From Alphaproteobacteria bacterium (lineage in GTDB: Bacteria > Pseudomonadota > Alphaproteobacteria > UBA2966): DNA of 64,000 bases. The notes below the pieces were generated by a model. That model was given only the letters and a program-made list of their open reading frames with translations, ran no database searches and was not told where the DNA came from. Shown in pieces: positions 58,170 to 64,000 of the stretch. Both the position numbers and the translations under genes were made by a program. How positions within the stretch are numbered: position 1 is the stretch's first letter; every line of letters begins with the position of its first letter. The stretch spans positions 1,600,001 to 1,664,000 of the forward strand of contig OZ219856.1 in the NCBI GenBank assembly GCA_964291395.2, read 5' to 3'.

Positions 58170-60224
58170 TTATTCGGCGGCTTGTGCCGGAGCCTGGTAG
58201 GCGGCCACCTCGACGCGGGTGTCGTTGAAGCACGCCCCCTCGCAGAGGTCAGCGTGCGTGGCGGGCGCCAGGGCGCTGACCGTCTGCATGTTGTCCGAGG
58301 TCCGGAACCAGGCCCCCTTTTCCGAATAGCACACGCCGGGCCGCACCGCGTCCGTGACGATGAGCGGCAGGTGCACCTCACCCCGCTCGTTCCATGCCCG
58401 AACCCACTGCCCGTCGCGAAGACCGCGCGCGGCCGCGTCGTCGGGATGCATTTCCAGCGGCGGCGTTTCGTCGCTCCACTTGAGCCCGCCGAAGGTGGAG
58501 GTTATCCGCTTGTCCGATGACGGCGTGACCAGCGCCAGCGGGTGGGCCGCCTTCAGCGGGCGATAGGATGCCACGGGTTCGTCGTACGCCTCGGTCAGAT
58601 AGACGGACTCCAGCTCGACCTTGCCTGACGGCGTTCCGGGAAAGACGTTCCGGAAGGGGATTGCCTCTTCCCCGCCGAATTCCATCGGCAGCGCGGTGGC
58701 CAGGGGAAGCTCGCTCGCCTTGATCCCTTTCATGCGTGGATCCGAGCCGTCGACCGCATCGTCCATCAGCTCCTTGTCGCTCGCCTGGAAGATCGGATCG
58801 TTGAAACCGAACCGCATGGCAAGCCTGCGGAATATCTCCGTGTTGGGGAGCGATTCGCCCACCGGTGGGATCACCGGGTCGCCGCGCTGCAGATGGTGGT
58901 GTCCATAGGCGGGATACAGGTCCGCGTACTCGAAGTGCGTACAGGCGGGCAGGATGACATCCGCGTACATCAGGCTGTCGGTCATGGCGATATCGCACCC
59001 GACGATGAACACGTCCTCGCGTTCGAACCCGCGCCGGATCAGGTTCTGGTCCGGGTGCACGATCACCGGATTGTGGTTGTAGACGAACAGAGCCTTGAGC
59101 GGCGGGTCGATGTCCTCTTCCGTGAGATGCCGCCCGACGTCGAGGATGTTGAGCGTGCGAGTCCCCTCCGGGACCAGATCCGGACGTCCCAGCCTGGCCG
59201 CCGTCTTGGGGAACGCATTGCCCGCGCCGGCGACGAGGCCCGTCCCCGGCTGCCCGAACTTGCCGGCCAGCGCCGGCAGCGCGAGGACGGCGCGAACTCC
59301 GCTGCCGCCGTTCCTGTTGCGCTCGAGGCCGTTGCCGATGGAGATGATGGCCTTTTCGGTCTCCCTGTAGAGGGCCGCGAACCTCCGGATATCTTCAACC
59401 GCGAGGCCGCAGACATCCGCGGCCTTCTCTGCCGGATATTCCCGCGCCCGTTTCATGAAGGACTCGAACCCCTTCACGTGCTCGGAGATGAAGCCGTGAT
59501 CGAGTCCGCCGGTTCGCTCCAGTTCGCAGGCGATGGCGAAGGCGAGCACGACATCGGTTCCGGGCCTCGGGGCGAGATGCAGGTCAGCCTGCTCGGCAAC
59601 CTTGACCCGCTTGGGGTCGATCACGACGACCTTCGCGCCGCGGGCTTTCCTGGCCTTGTTGATCTGCGGCATCAAGTGGAGGTTGGAATAGGTGACGTTG
59701 TTTCCCCACACCACGATCAGTTCGGCGTTCGCGACCTGTTCCGGCCGCATGCCGGGGGCGTTGCCGTAGGTGCCCGCATAGGCTTCGGCCTTGATGCCTC
59801 CGCAGAGCGCGCGCCGGTTGATGAGACTGGCACCGAGCCTGTGAAAGAACCGCAGGTCCATCGATGCGTACATCAACATGCCGTGCGGTCCGGCATAGTT
59901 GAGCGGCATGACCGCTTCGCGCCCGTACCGGTCGATCACGTCCGTGATGCGGTCATGGATGATGTCGAAGGCCTCGTCCCAGGTGATGCGCTCGAACGCC
60001 CCCTCGCCCTTCGCGCCGACGCGCTTCTGCGGATGGCGCAGCCGATTTCCGCCGTGCACGAAATCCGGGAAGTAGTGGGTGACTTTGTTGCAAAGCACCC
60101 CTTCCGTGAACGGGTTCACGTCGGTGCCGCGCACCTTGACGACCCGATCGTCGTCGACGCTCACGGTGAGCGAGCAGGTGTCGGGGCAATCGAGCGGACA
60201 GACACTCGGCAGTTCGGTCGTCAT
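58170..60224 (-). CDS. Molybdopterin oxidoreductase, DMSO-reductase family (YyaE-like) with 4Fe-4S
   Basis: CPLDCPDTC..C, ITWDEA, PRPGTD, ADVILPA, MHPDDA..RG. Confidence 0.92.
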   Translation of the reverse strand: MTTELPSVCPLDCPDTCSLTVSVDDDRVVKVRGTDVNPFTEGVLCNKVTHYFPDFVHGGNRLRHPQKRVGAKGEGAFERITWDEAFDIIHDRITDVIDRYGREAVMPLNYAGPHGMLMYASMDLRFFHRLGASLINRRALCGGIKAEAYAGTYGNAPGMRPEQVANAELIVVWGNNVTYSNLHLMPQINKARKARGAKVVVIDPKRVKVAEQADLHLAPRPGTDVVLAFAIACELERTGGLDHGFISEHVKGFESFMKRAREYPAEKAADVCGLAVEDIRRFAALYRETEKAIISIGNGLERNRNGGSGVRAVLALPALAGKFGQPGTGLVAGAGNAFPKTAARLGRPDLVPEGTRTLNILDVGRHLTEEDIDPPLKALFVYNHNPVIVHPDQNLIRRGFEREDVFIVGCDIAMTDSLMYADVILPACTHFEYADLYPAYGHHHLQRGDPVIPPVGESLPNTEIFRRLAMRFGFNDPIFQASDKELMDDAVDGSDPRMKGIKASELPLATALPMEFGGEEAIPFRNVFPGTPSGKVELESVYLTEAYDEPVASYRPLKAAHPLALVTPSSDKRITSTFGGLKWSDETPPLEMHPDDAAARGLRDGQWVRAWNERGEVHLPLIVTDAVRPGVCYSEKGAWFRTSDNMQTVSALAPATHADLCEGACFNDTRVEVAAYQAPAQAAE

Positions 60225-60370
60225 GGCGATCCCATCCGTGATCTGACGCGGCGGTCCGCGTCGATTCGTTCGTCGACGCTCATACTAGTACAGGACGGCG
60301 CGCCGCACATGTCTTTCGCAATCCTGCCGTCGTCGATTGACCTCCGTCGGACCATGGGCGATACAACGTC

Positions 60371-61414
60371 ATGCCGCCCACTTACAGGCTCGCACTCATC
60401 GGCTTCGGCAGCGTCAACCGGGCCTTGGCCCGGATGATCGCGGACGACGGCGGCAGGATGGGGGAGCGGCTCGGCTTCCGTCTTTCGATCGTCGCGGTCT
60501 CCGATCTGCTCCTCGGCTCGGCTCACGACGCCGGCGGCCTCGATCTCGATGAACTGACCGCCCTTCCCGCCGAGAAAGGGGCGCTGGCGTCGGTTCGGGG
60601 CGGCAGGGCGGAGGCGGACAACGAAGCCCTGATCAAGAACTCCTCGGCCGACATCGTCTCGGAGGCCACGTTCACCGACGCACGGACCGGAGAACCCGCG
60701 GGAACCCATTGCCGGTGGGGGCTCGCCGCCGGCAAGCATGTCGTCACGACCAACAAGGGCCCTGCCGCGTTTCATGGCGAAGAGTTGCGCGCGCTCGCCG
60801 CCGAACACGGCGTTTTCTTCGGCATCGAAGGAACCGTGATGAGCGGCACGCCCGTTCTTCGCCTGGCGGACAACGAGCTCGCCGGCTGCCGGATCGACGG
60901 CTTCAAGGGCATCCTCAACGGCACCGCGAACTACGTCCTGGGCCGCATGGAAGACGGCATCGCGCTCGACGACGCCGTCGCCGAGGCTCAATCCCGCGGC
61001 TATGCCGAGGCCGACCCGGCCGCCGATATCGAGGGTTGGGACGTGCTCCTGAAGGTCGTGATCCTCGCCGGCTCCGTCCTCGGCGTGCGGCTTTCGCCCG
61101 ACCAGGTACGGCGCCGGGGGATTACCGGCCTCTCGGCGGAGGACGTGGCCGCGGCGCCGCGGGACGGGCACCGCTGGAAGCTGATCGGCGAGGCCAAACT
61201 CGGCGCGGGCGGCGCCGTGGACGCGGGCGTGTCTCCGCATCGCCTGCCGCATTCGCATCCCCTCGCCGCGATCGGCGGCGCGACGAACGCCGTCACCTTC
61301 GAAACCGACTATCTCGGACAGGTCACCGTCTCCGGGCCGGGCGCCGGCCGCGTGGAGACCGGCTTTGCCCTGCTGTCCGACATCGCGGCGATCCACCGGC
61401 GCGTCGCGGACTAG
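60371..61414 (+). CDS. hom: Homoserine dehydrogenase (short form, no ACT domain)
   Basis: IGFGSV, VVTTNKGP, EGTVMSGTP, GILNGTAN, GYAEADP..DIEG.D, GPGAG. Confidence 0.9.
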   Translation: MPPTYRLALIGFGSVNRALARMIADDGGRMGERLGFRLSIVAVSDLLLGSAHDAGGLDLDELTALPAEKGALASVRGGRAEADNEALIKNSSADIVSEATFTDARTGEPAGTHCRWGLAAGKHVVTTNKGPAAFHGEELRALAAEHGVFFGIEGTVMSGTPVLRLADNELAGCRIDGFKGILNGTANYVLGRMEDGIALDDAVAEAQSRGYAEADPAADIEGWDVLLKVVILAGSVLGVRLSPDQVRRRGITGLSAEDVAAAPRDGHRWKLIGEAKLGAGGAVDAGVSPHRLPHSHPLAAIGGATNAVTFETDYLGQVTVSGPGAGRVETGFALLSDIAAIHRRVAD

Positions 61415-61501
61415 CGTTTCGACACTTTCCTCAGGCCGAAGCCCGGGAAACGGATCCTGCAAACCATCCTCGATGTCATCGGAGTCGGCGCAATCGGCCT
61501 T

Positions 61502-62218
61502 GTGCCGTTCGTCCTGATCGTTTTCGTCGGCGCGGTCATCAAGGGATACAGCGGCTTCGGCGCATCCATGCTGTGGGTGACGGGCCTGTCGCTGCTGTTG
61601 CCGCCCCTGGAGGCCGTTCCCATGGCGTTGATCTTCGAGATCATCTCGAGCATTCATCTGTTGCCGGCCATCTGGCGGCGCATCGACTGGCGGTCGGTCT
61701 GGCTGCTTTTCATCGGTACGCTCGTCGCGACGCCGGCAGGCGTGTATGCCCTCGCGTCGCTGCCGGTCGACCCCGCGCGCGTCGTCGTCGCGGTTGTCGT
61801 GCTTCTTGCGACGGCCCTCCTCTGGCGCGGGTTCACCCTCCAGAACGTGCCCGGCAGCGTCGCGACGATCGCCATCGGCCTGTTTGCCGGACTGATGAAC
61901 GGCAGCGTCGGCTTCGTCGGACCCGCCGTCGTGCTGTTCTATTTCTCCTCGCCGATCGGCGTCGCGATCAGCCGCGCGTCCATCATCACGTTCTTTCTCG
62001 GCACGGGGGCCGCCGGAACCGGCGCGTTCGCCGTCCAGGGGTTCGTCACCGGTGACCTGTTGCTGCGAATCGTGGCATGCCTGCCGATCCTGTTCCTCGG
62101 GGTCTGGATCGGCCATCGGCGCTTCGAAAATGCCGAACCCGAATCCTTCCGCAAGTTCGGCCTGCTCCTGTTGATGTTTCTCGCCGTGGCCCTGGCCGCG
62201 CGCGCCATCTGGCTCTAA
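61502..62218 (+). CDS. Sulfite exporter TauE/SafE family membrane protein
   Basis: GAVIKGYSGFGA, GLMNGSVGFVGP; true start may be slightly upstream. Confidence 0.85.
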   Translation: MPFVLIVFVGAVIKGYSGFGASMLWVTGLSLLLPPLEAVPMALIFEIISSIHLLPAIWRRIDWRSVWLLFIGTLVATPAGVYALASLPVDPARVVVAVVVLLATALLWRGFTLQNVPGSVATIAIGLFAGLMNGSVGFVGPAVVLFYFSSPIGVAISRASIITFFLGTGAAGTGAFAVQGFVTGDLLLRIVACLPILFLGVWIGHRRFENAEPESFRKFGLLLLMFLAVALAARAIWL

Positions 62219-62254
62219 GGTCTCGGCAACGACGCAACCCCGGGAGGTTCCGAG

Positions 62255-62716
62255 ATGGCGAAGTCCGAGCGGTCGAAAAAAGCCAAGGCCCTTGGCATCA
62301 ATCACCTCGTGCTCGAGGTCGGGGACTTGGACGAGGCGCTTGAGTTCTACGGCGCCATCTTCGACTTCACGCTGCGGGCCCGGTCCGAGACGGCGGCCTT
62401 CATCGACCTCGGCGACCAGTTCCTGCAACTGAGCCGGAACCGCGCCACCGAGCCGGACGACAAGCGGCATTTCGGACTCGTGGTCGACGATCGCGAACCG
62501 GTTCGCGCGGCGTTGGCGGCGCTCGGCGTCGAACTGCTCGGGCGCGGGCTCAACTTCCGGGATCCCTGGGGCAACCGGGTCGAGGTCGTGCCCTACGACG
62601 ACGTCCAGTTCACCAAGGCGCCCCACGTGCTGCGCGGCATGGGCGCCGACGGCCTCGAGAAGACCCCCGACGCCATCGCACAACTCGCCGGGAAGGGCAT
62701 GGCGCCCGACGGCTAG
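62255..62716 (+). CDS. VOC family protein
   Basis: GINHLVLEVGD, RHFGLVVD, FRDPWGNRVEVV. Confidence 0.88.
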   Translation: MAKSERSKKAKALGINHLVLEVGDLDEALEFYGAIFDFTLRARSETAAFIDLGDQFLQLSRNRATEPDDKRHFGLVVDDREPVRAALAALGVELLGRGLNFRDPWGNRVEVVPYDDVQFTKAPHVLRGMGADGLEKTPDAIAQLAGKGMAPDG

Positions 62717-63585
62717 ACGTTCGACGCCATCTCGGCGACCTTCACGAACGCCGAGAAATCCTCGGGACCCATGCCCGCGGCCATTCCCATGCTGGCCGCC
62801 TGCTTGGCGGCGGCACCGGCGGGCATGCCGACTCCCAGGCTGTCGGCGAAGACGAGCGCTAGTCCCATGTCCTTGTTCATGTTGGCGAGCGAGAAGCGGG
62901 CCGCGAAATCCCGCGCCTTGATCGTCGGTGCCTTGCTGTCGAGGAAGAAGTTCTGCCCGCCGCCGTAGGAGATGGCGGTGATCATATCGTCGAAATCGAG
63001 TCCCGCCTTCCTGCCGAGCACGATCATTTCGGAAACCGCCTGGGCGATGGTGGCGGTCATCAGGTTGTGACAGAGCTTCATGGCCATGGCTCGGCCGACA
63101 TCCCCCATGCGGATGATGTTCTTGCCCATGCACTGGATGACGGGCATGGCCTTTTCGCAGGTCTCGGGGGCGCCGCCCAGGTAGATGCCGAGCTCGCCGG
63201 CGATCGCGGCGGGCTGGCTCAGGACCACGGGCGCCTCCATCAGGTCGCCGCCGGCCGCGCGCACGACTTCGGCCATTTCGACGCAGACGCCGGGCGTGAT
63301 GGTGCTCATGATGACGATGGTGCCGTTGGGCCGGAGACCCTCCAGCAAGCCGTTCTCGCCCGTGATCACCTCGCGAACCTGCTGGTCGTTCACCACCATC
63401 AGCACCGTCACATCGGCGGCCGACGCCACGTCCGCCGGGCGCTGTTTGATCGAGGCCCCGTCTTCCTGGAGACGCTGTAAGGGCTCCACGTCGATGTCGT
63501 AGACGGCGAGCTCGTGCCCCTTCTTGACGATGTTGCGCGCCATGTGCTCGCCCATGGTCCCGCAGCCGACGAATCCAACCTGCAT
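62713..63585 (-). CDS. NAD(P)-dependent beta-hydroxyacid dehydrogenase
   Basis: GFVGCGTMG.HMARN, MST, MKLCHN, MNKDM. Confidence 0.9.
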   Translation of the reverse strand: MQVGFVGCGTMGEHMARNIVKKGHELAVYDIDVEPLQRLQEDGASIKQRPADVASAADVTVLMVVNDQQVREVITGENGLLEGLRPNGTIVIMSTITPGVCVEMAEVVRAAGGDLMEAPVVLSQPAAIAGELGIYLGGAPETCEKAMPVIQCMGKNIIRMGDVGRAMAMKLCHNLMTATIAQAVSEMIVLGRKAGLDFDDMITAISYGGGQNFFLDSKAPTIKARDFAARFSLANMNKDMGLALVFADSLGVGMPAGAAAKQAASMGMAAGMGPEDFSAFVKVAEMASNV

Positions 63586-63608
63586 ACGATCTCCTCCCTA
63601 TCAAGAAA

Positions 63609-63644
63609 ATGGTGCCAGACCCGACACCGGTGTCTGACACCAAT
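63609..63644. repeat. REP-like imperfect inverted repeat
   Basis: atGGTGcCAGAC-ccgacaccggt-GTCTGaCACCaat. Confidence 0.45.
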
Positions 63645-63668
63645 ATGTCCCGGAATGTAATTCAGGCG

Positions 63669-64000
63669 CTACGACGCAAGCTTGACCCCCTGCCCCGCCA
63701 GCATCCGTTCGGTGTCTTCGAGAGCCCTGGAGAAGCAGTCCATCATGTCGTCGATCTGCGACTCGGTGATGATGAGCGGCGGGCAGAACGCAACCGAGTC
63801 GCCCGCCGGCAGGGCCCGCAGGATGAGGCCGTGCTCGTAGGCGCGGGCGTTGGCGAAGGCGGCCACCTTGAGCGACGGGTCGAACGGCTCCCTGGTCTTC
63901 TTGTCGGCCACGAACTCGATGGCGCCGATCAATCCGACGCCGCGCGCCTCGCCGACCAGCGGGTGATCCTCGAAGGACCGCAGTTTCTCTTGGAAATGTG
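63669..64000 (-). CDS. Class III aminotransferase, C-terminal part (5' end outside window)
   Basis: HPLVGEARGVGLIGAIEFVADK, GLILRAL, FCPPLII. Confidence 0.88.
   Translation of the reverse strand, partial: HFQEKLRSFEDHPLVGEARGVGLIGAIEFVADKKTREPFDPSLKVAAFANARAYEHGLILRALPAGDSVAFCPPLIITESQIDDMMDCFSRALEDTERMLAGQGVKLAS

Noticed and set aside
60221-63643. 1140-aa minus-strand ORF
   Set aside because: Overlaps four recognisable genes; shadow ORF.
1-64000. CRISPR arrays, tRNA/rRNA, IS elements, prophage or defence genes
   Set aside because: No regularly spaced repeats, RNA gene signatures, transposase, integrase or nuclease motifs seen by eye.

Overview
High-GC proteobacterial chromosomal window (Alphaproteobacteria-like by gene content; an inference), densely packed with metabolic and transport genes. 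I saw no rRNA, tRNA, CRISPR array, transposase or integrase. From left to right it holds: a DUF3604 protein, MOSC, GST and TauE; choXWV plus an orphan solute-binding protein; a cytoplasmic sulfite-oxidase-family molybdoenzyme; a TRAP transporter with a Tat-exported binding protein; and a methanesulfonate monooxygenase-type Rieske cluster (msmABC, with the diagnostic CxH-X26-CxxH spacer but no msmD reductase). These are followed by a DUF1302-DUF1329-BNR/YCF48-MMPL module extended by an MFP and a second RND permease, and two beta-hydroxyacid dehydrogenases with an atypical PanB. The right half carries several SDRs, hydantoinase/oxoprolinase subunits, chrB-chrA with a structured leader, an amidase with a small partner gene, LacI plus a di-iron desaturase-type oxygenase with a perfect operator, RidA, TauD, CBS plus cystathionine lyase, a GNAT broken by a ~195-bp tandem duplication, PhyH, a DMSO-reductase-family enzyme and homoserine dehydrogenase. 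The best candidate for an undescribed system is the reductase-less MSA monooxygenase co-oriented with a TRAP importer and an atypical sulfite-oxidase-fold enzyme. Several single-base frameshifts (mostly 10.2-17.1 kb, one at 32.2 kb) may be sequencing or consensus errors. All family assignments come from motif recognition, not database searches.
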